From: Gemmatimonadales bacterium | GTDB taxonomy: Bacteria > Gemmatimonadota > Gemmatimonadetes > Gemmatimonadales > GWC2-71-9 | Reading direction: 5' to 3' | DNA: 64,000 nt | NCBI GenBank assembly: GCA_037045245.1 | Contig: JBAOHR010000011.1 | Coordinates: forward strand, 64,302 to 128,301 | In this document: one piece after another, positions 34,088-43,119 of the stretch | Position numbering within the stretch: the stretch's first letter is position 1 | Layout: each line of letters begins with the position of its first letter | Translations under genes and position numbers: made by a program | Notes under the pieces: generated by a model | Databases searched by the model: none | Told to the model about the DNA's origin: nothing | Seen by the model: the letters and a program-made list of their open reading frames with translations, nothing else

Positions 34088-35454
34088 GCGGCTTCCTCTT
34101 CACCGTCGCGGTGCTCTTCGTCGTCCTCGGCGTGCTGATCTTCGTGCACGAGTTCGGACACTATTGGGCGGCCAAGCGCTTCGGCGTCTGGGTCCATCGC
34201 TTCTCGATCGGCATGGGCAAGCCGGTCAAGGCGCTCTCCTTCCAGCGCGGCGAGACCGAGTGGGCCATCTCGTGGCTGCCGCTCGGCGGCTACGTGAAGA
34301 TGGCGTCGTCGGAGGAGGAGCCGGCGTCGTCGGTGCTCGAGGGCGGGCACTCGGCCGACGTGCCGGCCGATCGCGTCTTCGAGGCGAAGCCGATCTGGCA
34401 GCGGATGGTCATCATCCTCGCAGGCGTCACGCTGAACGCCCTCTTCGCCTGGGTCGTCTTCACCGGGCTGGCGTGGAAGAACGGCCGGCAGTTCGACCCC
34501 ACCACGCGCATTGGCCGCATCAACACCGAGCTCCTCCCGCCCGAGGCCGCCGAACTCGCGACGGTCCCGGTCGGCACGAAGATCACGGCGATCGACGGCG
34601 AGCCGGTGCATTCGTGGGACGACATCCGCGAACGGGTCGCGACCGGCAACAGCAACGAGATCGGCATCTCGTTCGAGGGGCACGCGCCGATCGTGATCAA
34701 GCTCCATCGCGATGCGCTTGCCGAGCGCGGCAAGACCGCGGTGGCACTCGAACCGCAGCACCCGGCCGTGCTGGGCGACCTCACGCCGAACTATCCTGCC
34801 GCGAAGGCGGGGCTCCAGGCCGGTGACTCGGTGGTCGCGATCAACGGACAGACGGTCACGCAGTGGGTCGATGCCGTCGGGTTGATCAAGCAGTCGGGCG
34901 GGGTCGAGGCGCGCTTCGACGTGATCCGCAACGGGGCGCCGGTGTCGGTCACCGTGACGCCGAAGCTCGAGCGCGAGATCGCGGCGGACACGACGTCGAA
35001 GATGATCGGCCGGATCGGCGCGATGCCGCGCCAGCCGATCGAGACGGAATCGCTTGGGCTCGTGGGGGCGGTCCGCGTGGGAACGGAGCTCACGGTCTCG
35101 TCGGCGGGCGCGATCTTCCGCACCTTCCGCGGCCTCGCGACGCGCAAGGTGGCGACCACCGAGATCGGCGGCCCGATCATGATCGGGCAGATGGCGGCGC
35201 AGCAGGCGCGGGCCGGGATCGAGCCGCTCCTGGCCTTCATGGCGCTGATCTCGATGAACCTCGCGGTGGTCAACCTGTTGCCGATCCCGGTGCTCGATGG
35301 CGGTGCCTTCCTGATCCTGCTCGCCGAGGGCGCCATGCGGCGGCCGCTGCCGCCCAAGGTCCGGGAGATGATTTCGCTCGCCGGTCTCGGTATGATCCTG
35401 CTGATCATGTTCGTGGCGTTCAAGAACGACATCATGCGGTTGCTCGGGCAGTAG
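34084..35454 (+). CDS. rseP: RIP (site-2) zinc metalloprotease RseP
   Basis: HEFGHYWAAKRFGV (HExxH in TM1), PDZ region, and C-terminal NLLPIPVLDGG motif. Confidence 0.9.
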   Translation: MSGFLFTVAVLFVVLGVLIFVHEFGHYWAAKRFGVWVHRFSIGMGKPVKALSFQRGETEWAISWLPLGGYVKMASSEEEPASSVLEGGHSADVPADRVFEAKPIWQRMVIILAGVTLNALFAWVVFTGLAWKNGRQFDPTTRIGRINTELLPPEAAELATVPVGTKITAIDGEPVHSWDDIRERVATGNSNEIGISFEGHAPIVIKLHRDALAERGKTAVALEPQHPAVLGDLTPNYPAAKAGLQAGDSVVAINGQTVTQWVDAVGLIKQSGGVEARFDVIRNGAPVSVTVTPKLEREIAADTTSKMIGRIGAMPRQPIETESLGLVGAVRVGTELTVSSAGAIFRTFRGLATRKVATTEIGGPIMIGQMAAQQARAGIEPLLAFMALISMNLAVVNLLPIPVLDGGAFLILLAEGAMRRPLPPKVREMISLAGLGMILLIMFVAFKNDIMRLLGQ

Positions 35455-35472
35455 CCGCCGAGAGAGGCCGAA

Positions 35473-36753
35473 ATGCTCGAGCCACTCGTCATTCCAGCAT
35501 CCGACGGTCTCCAGGCAGCACTGCGCCTGGGGATCGCCGGATTGATCGGCTTGGGGGCGGGGATCGAGCGTGAATGGTCCGGACATGCGACCGGTCCGGC
35601 GGCCCGCTTCGCGGGGCTGCGCACCTTCCTGATCCTCGGGCTCTGCGGCGGCGTGGCGGGGCTCCTCTCCGCCGGCGACCTGCCGCTGGTCGGGGCGGTG
35701 CTGCTCGCAGGGGGCGTCGGCCTCGTCATCGCGGCGTATGTCCTCACCATGCGGCGGCCTGCGGCCGAGGCCGACGGCACCACCGAGGCGGCGGCCTTGG
35801 TGATCCTCGCGCTCGGCCTGCTCGCCGGCATCGGGCAGCTCGCGCTCGCGTCGGGCGCCGGGGCGCTGGTCGTCCTCGCGCTCGGCGAGAAGCGGCGGTT
35901 GCACGGCATGGTCGCCAAGGTCGGCGAGCCGGAGCTGCAGGCCGCCGCGCGCTTTGCCGTGATGGCGCTGGTGATCCTGCCGATCCTTCCTACCACGCCG
36001 CTGCCGTTCGGCGGCGAGATCTCCGCCCGTGGCCTCTGGACGCTGGTGCTGCTCTTCTCGGGGATCAACTTCATCGGCTACCTCGCCCGGCGCGCGGTCG
36101 GTCCCGAGCGCGGCTACGGCCTTGCCGGCCTGCTCGGCGGGCTGATCTCCTCGACGCTGGTCACGATGCAGTTTGCGCGGCGCAGTCGCGCGGAGGCGCA
36201 TCATGCCGGAGCCCTCTCGCTCGGGGTGATCGCCGCCTGCACGGTGCTGCCGCTGCGGCTGCTGGTGATTCTCGGGGTCCTGGCGCCGACGGTGGGACAG
36301 GCCGCGCTGCCGTTTCTTCTGCCACCGGCCCTGGCCGGCATCGTGATCCTCGCGGCGGCGTATCGGCGCACGGGGAGCGGTGCCGGGGGCAAGGCGGAGG
36401 ACGACAAGTCACCGCTGCACGTGCTGGCGTCGGCGCGGATGGCGGTGCTCTTCTGGCTCGCCCTGATCGGGATCGAGTACCTCGAACAGCGGTGGGGGAG
36501 CACCGGCGTCTACACCTCGGCCGTGCTGCTCGGCCTGACGGACATGGACGCCCTGACGGTGGCCATGGCCAGGCTGGCGGCGGGGCCCGCGACCGCCCTG
36601 GTGGCCGCCAAGGGTGTCGCGATCGGGGTGATCTCGAACACCGTCTTCAAGGCGGGGCTCGGGGTGACGCTGGGGAGTCCGGCGTTCCGGACTCGGCTGG
36701 TGCTGGGGCTGCTGGCGTTGGGGGCGGCGGTGGGGGTGGGGTGGCTGGTGTAG
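35473..36753 (+). CDS. MgtC/SapB-family N-terminal domain fused to a DUF4010-like polytopic membrane domain
   Basis: LRLGIAGLIGLGAGIEREWSGH resembles the MgtC N-terminus, followed by about 10 further TM helices. Family assignment is from memory of this architecture. Confidence 0.65.
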   Translation: MLEPLVIPASDGLQAALRLGIAGLIGLGAGIEREWSGHATGPAARFAGLRTFLILGLCGGVAGLLSAGDLPLVGAVLLAGGVGLVIAAYVLTMRRPAAEADGTTEAAALVILALGLLAGIGQLALASGAGALVVLALGEKRRLHGMVAKVGEPELQAAARFAVMALVILPILPTTPLPFGGEISARGLWTLVLLFSGINFIGYLARRAVGPERGYGLAGLLGGLISSTLVTMQFARRSRAEAHHAGALSLGVIAACTVLPLRLLVILGVLAPTVGQAALPFLLPPALAGIVILAAAYRRTGSGAGGKAEDDKSPLHVLASARMAVLFWLALIGIEYLEQRWGSTGVYTSAVLLGLTDMDALTVAMARLAAGPATALVAAKGVAIGVISNTVFKAGLGVTLGSPAFRTRLVLGLLALGAAVGVGWLV

Positions 36754-36860
36754 CGAGAAGCGAGAAGCGAGAAGCGTGTCCGTGTTGCGACATGGAACGT
36801 ACTACAAGCCGGAATCCACCCTACACCACGCTTCTCGCTTCTCGCTTCGCGCTTCTCGCT
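36752..36860. repeat. Heptad-array palindrome 1: (AGCGAGA)x3.5, 48-nt spacer, (TCTCGCT)x4
   Basis: Left arm 36752..36778 and right arm 36827..36853 are complementary over 27 bp with one mismatch, and the right arm carries one extra heptad. The left arm starts inside the TAG stop of the upstream gene. Confidence 0.9.
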
Positions 36861-36867
36861 CCTCCCC

Positions 36868-36897
36868 TTGCCACCGCCCCCCCTCCGGCCCTATAAT
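36868..36897 (+). promoter_or_regulatory. Possible sigma-70-type promoter of rpsO
   Basis: TTGCCA, 18 nt, TATAAT, 60 nt upstream of the rpsO ATG. Confidence 0.45.
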
Positions 36898-36956
36898 TGT
36901 TGGCTATCCAGAATATCCTAAGTGTAAGCGCAGCATGACTCAGCGTAGGGAACGGC

Positions 36957-37214
36957 ATGATTGAAAAGCAGCCCGTCATCGAGCAGCACCGTCAGCATGA
37001 GAGCGACACCGGATCCGCGAAGGTCCAGGTGGCCCTGCTCACGGCGCGCATCAACGGCCTCACCGAGCATTTCCGCACCCACAAGAAGGACCATCATGGT
37101 CGTCGTGGGCTGCTGAAGATGGTCGGGACACGGCGCCGCCTCCTCAACTACATGAAGAGCCGGGACCTGTCGTCGTACCGTTCCCTGATCGCTGAACTCG
37201 GACTCCGGAACTGA
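36957..37214 (+). CDS. rpsO: 30S ribosomal protein S15
   Basis: ..[52 protein letters not shown]...YRSLI..LGLR is canonical S15. Confidence 0.95.
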   Translation: MIEKQPVIEQHRQHESDTGSAKVQVALLTARINGLTEHFRTHKKDHHGRRGLLKMVGTRRRLLNYMKSRDLSSYRSLIAELGLRN

Positions 37215-37235
37215 CCGGGGAATGATGCTGCATGG

Positions 37236-37267
37236 GCGTCCCACGTGAGCACCGTGGGACGCTTTTT
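37236..37267 (+). terminator. Intrinsic terminator/attenuator hairpin between rpsO and pnp, with U-tract
   Basis: GCGTCCCACG-TGAGCAC-CGTGGGACGC followed by TTTTT. Confidence 0.7.
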
Positions 37268-37296
37268 CGTATTGGCGTGCTCACCGACGTGAAGGA

Positions 37297-39389
37297 ATGA
37301 AAGTGCATCGCATTGAAACGCAGTTCGCGGGTCGCCCGCTGGTCATCGAGACCGGCCGCCTCGCCAAGCAGGCCGCCGGGTCGGTCCTCGTGCAGTACGG
37401 CGAGACCACCGTGCTGGCCGCCGTGACGGTCTCGCCGAACGTCACCCACCTCCCGTTCTTCCCGCTGACCGTCGAGTACAAGGAGAAGACCTACGCCGCG
37501 GGCAAGATCCCGGGTGGGTTCCTCAAGCGCGAAGGTCGCCCGTCGGACGACGAGATCCTGAATTGCCGGATCATCGACCGCTCGATCCGCCCGCTCTTCC
37601 CGGAAGGCTTCCGTCACGAGGTGCAGGTCTTTGTGACCGTGCTGTCGACGGACCAGGAGAACGAGTCGGACGTGATCGGCGTGCTGGCCGCCTCGGCCGC
37701 GCTGGCGATCTCGGAGATCCCCTGGAACGGCCCGATCGCCGCGGCGCGCGTCGGCAAGGTCGAGAACAACTGGATCCTGAACCCGACCTTCCAGCAGCTC
37801 GAGTTCTCCTCGATGGACCTGGTCGTCGCGGGCCTCAAGGACTCGATCATGATGGTCGAGGGCGGCGCGCTCGAGGTCTCCGAGGCGGAAGTCCTCGACG
37901 GTCTCAAGGTCGCGCAGCTCGGCATCGTCGAGCAGGTCAAGCTGATCACCGACCTCGTCAAGAAGGTCGGCAAGCCGAAGATGGCGTGGGTCGCCCCCGA
38001 GAAGGACGCGGAGCTGGTCAAGGCCGTGAAGGGCGCCGCCGAGAAGGCGATGGCGAAGGCGATGAACGCGAAGGACAAGGCCGGGCGCGCCGCCGGCGTC
38101 TCGACCGTCCGCAAGGAGGCGCAGGCCGCCCTCGCGGAGCTGTTCCCCGAGCGCGTCAAGGACATCGCCAACGAACTCGAGGAGATCGAGTACCACGCGA
38201 TGCGGGCGCAGATCCTCGACAAGGGCGAGCGCATCGACGGTCGCGACCTCGAGACGATCCGCCCGATCACGCCGGAAGTCGGCGTCGTCCCGCGCGTGCA
38301 CGGCACCGCCGTCTTCACCCGCGGCGAGACGCAGGCGTTCGTCGCCGTCACCCTCGGCACCGCCGATGACGAGCAGCGCATCGACTCGATCGAGGTCCCG
38401 GGCGAGTCGAAGAAGTCGTTCATGCTCCACTACAACTTCCCGCCGTACTCGACCGGTGAAGTCCGTCCGCTCCGCGGCACGTCGCGCCGTGAGATCGGCC
38501 ACGGCGCCCTGGCCGAGCGGGCGATCCATCCGCTCCTCCCGGCGACCGCCGACTTCCCGTACACGATCCGCATCGTCTCCGAGATCCTCGAGTCGAACGG
38601 CTCGTCGTCGATGGCGACGGTCTGCGGCAGCTCGCTCGCGCTCATGGATGCCGGCGTGCCGATCAAGGCCGCCGGTGCGCCGGCGTCGCGATGGGGCTGA
38701 TCAAGGAAGGCGAAGAAGGTCGCGGTCCTGACCGGACATCCTGGGCGACCGAGGATCACCTCGGCGACATGGACTTCAAGGTCGCGGGCACCGAGGCCGG
38801 CATCACGTCGATCCAGATGGACATCAAGATCGAGGGCCTCTCGCTCGAGATCATGACGACCGCGCTGGAGCAGGCCCGCAAGGGTCGCCTGCACATCCTC
38901 GGCGAGATGAACAAGGTCATCACGACGCACCGGGACGAGATGTCGCCGTGGGCGCCGCGGATCTTCACGATCCAGATCCGCCCCGACAAGATCGGCGACG
39001 TGATCGGCCCCAAGGGCAAGACGATCCGCGGCATCCAGGACGCCTCGGGCGCCAAGGTCAACATCGACGACACCGGCCTCATCACCATCGCCGCCGTCGG
39101 CGCCGAGGCGGGCGACAAGGCGCGCGAGATGGTCATGGCCATCACCGCGGAGCCGGAAGTCGGCAAGATCTACGAGGGCCCGGTCAAGAGCACGACCGCC
39201 TTCGGGGCGTTCATCGAGATCATGCCGGGCGTCGAGGGGCTGCTGCACATTTCCGAGCTCGACCACAAGCGGGTCGAGAAGACCGAGGACGTCGTCAAGA
39301 AGGGCGACATCGTCCAGGTCAAGCTGCTGGAAGTGGATGAGCGCGGCCGCATGAAGCTGTCGCGGAAGGCCCTCCTCCCGAAGGAGTGA
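37297..39389 (+). pseudogene. pnp: Polyribonucleotide nucleotidyltransferase (PNPase), reading frame broken by a cluster of single-base insertions near 38.67-38.75 kb (true pseudogene or sequence error)
   Basis: ORF 37297..38700 encodes both RNase PH domains and ends ..[24 protein letters not shown]-stop. ORF 38691..39389 continues with ..[29 protein letters not shown].., KH and S1 domains. Together they make a normal PNPase of about 700 aa. Confidence 0.9.
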
Positions 39390-40654
39390 GGACACCGTCG
39401 GTGCGTACCGTCCAGCTCGACGAAGCGCTCTTTCGCACCGACCTGCCCAACGGCCTCGTGGTCGTCACCGAACGCCTCCCCGGCGTTCGGTCGGCGGCCG
39501 CGGGGATCTGGGTTCGCACCGCCAGCGGGCACGAGCAGCCGGCCGTCATGGGCGTCTCGCACCTGCTGGAACACATGGTCTTCAAGGGAACCGAGCGGCG
39601 CAGCGCGCGCGAGATTGCTCTCGCGCTCGAGACGCGGGGCGGTTCCCTCGATGCGTACACCTCCCGCGACCACACCTCGTACCAGGCGCACGTCCTCGAC
39701 GCCGACCTCCCGCTGGCCCTCGACGTCCTGACCGACCTGGTGCGCCGTCCGCTCCTGCGCGACAGCGACCTCGTGCTCGAGCGGAACGTCGTCCTCGAGG
39801 AGCTCAACGGGGTCAAGGACACGCCGGACGACCTCGTCTTCGAGCTGTTCGGCGAGACCATCTGGCCGACCCATCCCTACGGCTACTCGATCCTCGGCAC
39901 CGCCGAGACGGTCGGGGCGCTGCAGGTGGCCGACCTCCGCGCCGTGCACGAGGCGGGCTACTACCCCGGCAACGCGGTGATCGCGGTGGCCGGCAACATC
40001 ACCCACGAGCAGGTGCTGTCGCTGCTCGAGGCGCAGGGGTGGTTCGCGGGGGAGCCGCGCGCGGCCCGTCCCGCGGTGGTCCCCGTGCCGGCGCGCCGCG
40101 GGATCGCGCGGGTCGAGACCGACGACCTGCAGCAGGTGCACGTCGTGCTGGGCACCGACACCGTCGGCTCGGCCGACCCGCGCCGCTGGGGCCTCGCGCT
40201 CCTGACGACGGCGCTGGGGGGTGGAATGTCGAGCCGGCTCTTCCAGCGCGTGCGGGAAGAGCTCGGCCTCTGCTACGCCGTCTATGCCTGGCACACGCAT
40301 TACCGCGCCACCGGGGTCTTCGGTGTCTACGTCGGGACCCAGCCGAGCACCGCCGACGAGGCGGTCGCGGCGATCGAAACGGAACTGACGCACCTTGCGT
40401 CGGAGGGGCTGCCGCCCGGAGAATTGGCGGACGCCAAGAGCCAGCTGCAGGGGCAGGTCATGCTGGCCCTCGAGGGAACGTCGAGCCGGATGCATCGCTT
40501 GGCGTCGCACGTCCTGCAGGAAGAACCCTACCGCCCGCTCGACGAGGTCCTTGGCCTCATTGCGGGCGTCACGCTCGAGGAGACGGCGGCGCTGGCCGCC
40601 GAGTTCCTCACCCCGGCGCGGATGACCACCGTCCGCCTCGGCCCACGTCACTGA
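39386..40654 (+). CDS. M16-family zinc peptidase (insulinase/pitrilysin-like)
   Basis: [23 protein letters not shown] has the inverted HxxEH zinc motif and downstream Glu. The start could be GTG 39386 or GTG 39401. Confidence 0.85.
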   Translation: MRTPSVRTVQLDEALFRTDLPNGLVVVTERLPGVRSAAAGIWVRTASGHEQPAVMGVSHLLEHMVFKGTERRSAREIALALETRGGSLDAYTSRDHTSYQAHVLDADLPLALDVLTDLVRRPLLRDSDLVLERNVVLEELNGVKDTPDDLVFELFGETIWPTHPYGYSILGTAETVGALQVADLRAVHEAGYYPGNAVIAVAGNITHEQVLSLLEAQGWFAGEPRAARPAVVPVPARRGIARVETDDLQQVHVVLGTDTVGSADPRRWGLALLTTALGGGMSSRLFQRVREELGLCYAVYAWHTHYRATGVFGVYVGTQPSTADEAVAAIETELTHLASEGLPPGELADAKSQLQGQVMLALEGTSSRMHRLASHVLQEEPYRPLDEVLGLIAGVTLEETAALAAEFLTPARMTTVRLGPRH

Positions 40655-40676
40655 CCTTCACGGAAGCGAGCGGATC

Positions 40677-41789
40677 ATGCTGATCGGCGTACCGAAGGAA
40701 ATCAAGACGAACGAAAATCGCGTCGGGCTCGTCCCGTCGGGTGTCGAGGCCCTGGTGCGCGAGGGGCACAAGGTCCAGGTCGAAACCGGGGCCGGCATCG
40801 GCAGCGGCTTCTCCGACCAGAACTACGTCGCCGCCGGCGCCACGATCGCGCCGGACGCCGATGCGACGTGGGCCAACGCCGACATGATCATCAAGGTGAA
40901 GGAGCCGATCGCGGTCGAGTGGCCGCGGATGCGCCCGGGCCTGGTGATGTACACCTACTTCCACTTCGCCGCCGACGAGCCGCTCACGCGCGCGGTGATG
41001 AAGTCGGGCGCGATCGCCGTCGCCTACGAGACGGTGCAGCTCCCCGGCGGCCAGCTGCCGCTGCTCACGCCGATGTCGGAAGTCGCCGGCCGCCTCGCGG
41101 TGCAGGAAGGCGCCAAGTACAACGAGAAGCTCTTCGGCGGCCGTGGCGTCCTGCTCGGCGGCGTCCCGGGCGTGAAGCCCGCCAAGGTCGTGATCATCGG
41201 CGGCGGCGTGGTCGGCATCAACTCGGCGAAGATGGCGGCCGGCCTCGGCGCCGACGTCACCATCCTCGACACGTCGCTCGACCGGCTCCGCTACCTCGAC
41301 GATGTGCTGCCGGCGAACGTCGACACCGTCTTCTCGAACCGGCACAACATTCTCGACGCGGTCAAGGACGCCGACCTGATCATCGGCGCCGTGCTGATCC
41401 CGGGCAAGAAGGCGCCGCACCTGATCACCAAGGAAGACCTCAAGGGGATTCCCGACGGCTGCGTGATCGTCGACGTCGCGGTCGACCAGGGCGGCTGCGT
41501 CGAGACCATCAAGCCGACGACGCACGAGAACCCGACCTACTTCGTCGAGGGCGTGCTGCACTACGCCGTTGCGAACATGCCGGGCGCGGTGCCGCGCACC
41601 TCGACGCTTGCACTCACCAACGCGACGCTGCCGTACGCGATCAAGCTGGCGAACCTCGGCTGGAAGGACGCCTGCCGTCAGGACGGGGCGCTGAAGCTCG
41701 GTCTCAACGTCGTCGACGGCAAGATCGTCTATCCGGGCGTGGCGGAAGCCTTCGACCTCGAATGCACCAACGTTGACGCCGTCCTCTAG
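40677..41789 (+). CDS. ald: Alanine dehydrogenase
   Basis: [24 protein letters not shown]...GH.V.VE.GAG.GSGF.D..Y..AGA; [27 protein letters not shown]. Confidence 0.95.
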   Translation: MLIGVPKEIKTNENRVGLVPSGVEALVREGHKVQVETGAGIGSGFSDQNYVAAGATIAPDADATWANADMIIKVKEPIAVEWPRMRPGLVMYTYFHFAADEPLTRAVMKSGAIAVAYETVQLPGGQLPLLTPMSEVAGRLAVQEGAKYNEKLFGGRGVLLGGVPGVKPAKVVIIGGGVVGINSAKMAAGLGADVTILDTSLDRLRYLDDVLPANVDTVFSNRHNILDAVKDADLIIGAVLIPGKKAPHLITKEDLKGIPDGCVIVDVAVDQGGCVETIKPTTHENPTYFVEGVLHYAVANMPGAVPRTSTLALTNATLPYAIKLANLGWKDACRQDGALKLGLNVVDGKIVYPGVAEAFDLECTNVDAVL

Positions 41790-42237
41790 TCCCGAAGGCA
41801 CCATCGAACTCCTCGTCGTGCGCCTGCCGCACGGCGAGGGGTTGCCGCTTCCGGGCCGGGCGACCGCCGGGGCGGCCGGGATGGACATCGTCTCGGCCAT
41901 CGACGTCACGATCGCGCCCGGCGCCCGCGGCCTCGTGCCGACCGGATTGTCGGTCGCGGTGCCGGATGGTTACGAGCTGCAGCTGCGGCCGCGATCGGGG
42001 CTGGCGCTCAAGCACGGCATCACCCTCCCCAATACGCCGGCCACCATCGATTCCGACTACCGTGGCGAGCTGCAGGTGATCCTGATCAATCTCGGCGACA
42101 CGCCGTTCGTGATTGCGCGCGGCGACCGCATTGCCCAGGCACTGGTGCAGCGCGTGGAGCCTGTCGTCTTCCGCGAAGTCGACGAGCTGCCGCCGAGCGG
42201 GCGTGGAGTTGGTGGGTTCGGGAGCACGGGACGGTAA
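41773..42237 (+). CDS. dut: dUTP diphosphatase
   Basis: ..[17 protein letters not shown].....I.PG.R.LVPTG......[29 protein letters not shown]......N.G......RGDRIAQ; C-terminal RG.GGFGSTG. TTG 41773 is the only in-frame start that keeps the first beta-strand, so the start is uncertain. Confidence 0.85.
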   Translation: MTPSSSPEGTIELLVVRLPHGEGLPLPGRATAGAAGMDIVSAIDVTIAPGARGLVPTGLSVAVPDGYELQLRPRSGLALKHGITLPNTPATIDSDYRGELQVILINLGDTPFVIARGDRIAQALVQRVEPVVFREVDELPPSGRGVGGFGSTGR

Positions 42238-42244
42238 CCCTGCC

Positions 42245-42293
42245 GTGACCAGTGACCAGTGACCCGTGACCCGTGACGGGTGAACGGTGAACG
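42245..42293. repeat. Heptad array 2: GTGACCA x2, GTGACCC x2, GTGACGG, GTGAACG x2
   Basis: Seven perfectly phased 7-nt units start 8 nt after the dut stop. The centre contains the 13-nt palindrome ACCCGT-G-ACGGGT (42269..42281). Confidence 0.9.
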
Positions 42294-42311
42294 GTCGAGG
42301 AGCGCCCGCTG

Positions 42312-43007
42312 ATGAAGAAGCTCGGACTGGTTGGTGGCATCAGCTGGGTGTCGACGATCGACTACTACCGCATCATCAACGAAGGCGTGAATGCGCGCCT
42401 CGGCGGACTCAACTTCGCCGAGTGCGCCATCGTGTCCGTGAACTTCGCCGACTTCGTGCGGAACAACACCGCTGGTGACTGGGACGCCACCGCCGTGCTG
42501 TTGGCGACCGCGGCCGAGGAGCTGAAGCGGGCCGGTGCGGAGGGGATCGTCCTCTGCGCCAACACGGCGCACGCGGTGGCCGATCGGGTGGAGCAGCAGG
42601 TCGGGCTGCCGGTGATCCACGTCGTCGATGCCACCGCGGCGGCCATCCGGGCCCGGGGCCTGACTCGGGTCGGGCTGCTCGGCACGCAGTTCACCATGGA
42701 GCTGCCCTTCTACCGCGAGCGACTGCAGTCCCACGGCATCGAGATGCGCGTGCCTGACACACAGTCCGAGCGCGACTTCATCCAGGCGACCATCCGCGAT
42801 GAACTCGGCCGGGGGGTGATCCTCGCCGAGACGAAGCGGCGCTACCTGCAGGCGATCGACGACCTGACGGCTCGCGGTGCCCAGGGGATCATCCTCGGCT
42901 GCACCGAACTGCCATTGATCCTCGGCCAGTCGGACGTGACGGTGCCCGTCTTCGACACGACCCGGATCCACGCCGAGGCGGCGATCGAATTCGCGCTTTC
43001 GTCCTAG
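42312..43007 (+). CDS. Aspartate/glutamate racemase-family protein (aspartate racemase-like)
   Basis: KKLGLVGGISWVSTIDYYR.IN; VLCANTAH (first catalytic Cys region); GIILGCTELPL (second catalytic Cys). Confidence 0.85.
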   Translation: MKKLGLVGGISWVSTIDYYRIINEGVNARLGGLNFAECAIVSVNFADFVRNNTAGDWDATAVLLATAAEELKRAGAEGIVLCANTAHAVADRVEQQVGLPVIHVVDATAAAIRARGLTRVGLLGTQFTMELPFYRERLQSHGIEMRVPDTQSERDFIQATIRDELGRGVILAETKRRYLQAIDDLTARGAQGIILGCTELPLILGQSDVTVPVFDTTRIHAEAAIEFALSS

Positions 43008-43119
43008 ACGTTGCCCGCTCTCATGCCGTTGATGCGTTGGTGATTTGACGATTGGTTGATGGTCCCCCGGTAGCCTCGACCCTCGCGTGATGGCCTTCAC
43101 CCGAGTCCCCGAGGTACCC

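Noticed and set aside
38668-38752. Programmed ribosomal frameshifting or transcriptional slippage as the explanation for the split pnp and guaA genes.
   Set aside because: Recovering the conserved protein needs five separate +1 corrections within 77 nt in pnp and two in guaA. I see no slippery heptamer and no stimulatory structure. Programmed recoding does not work that way, so sequence error, or less likely recent decay, fits better.
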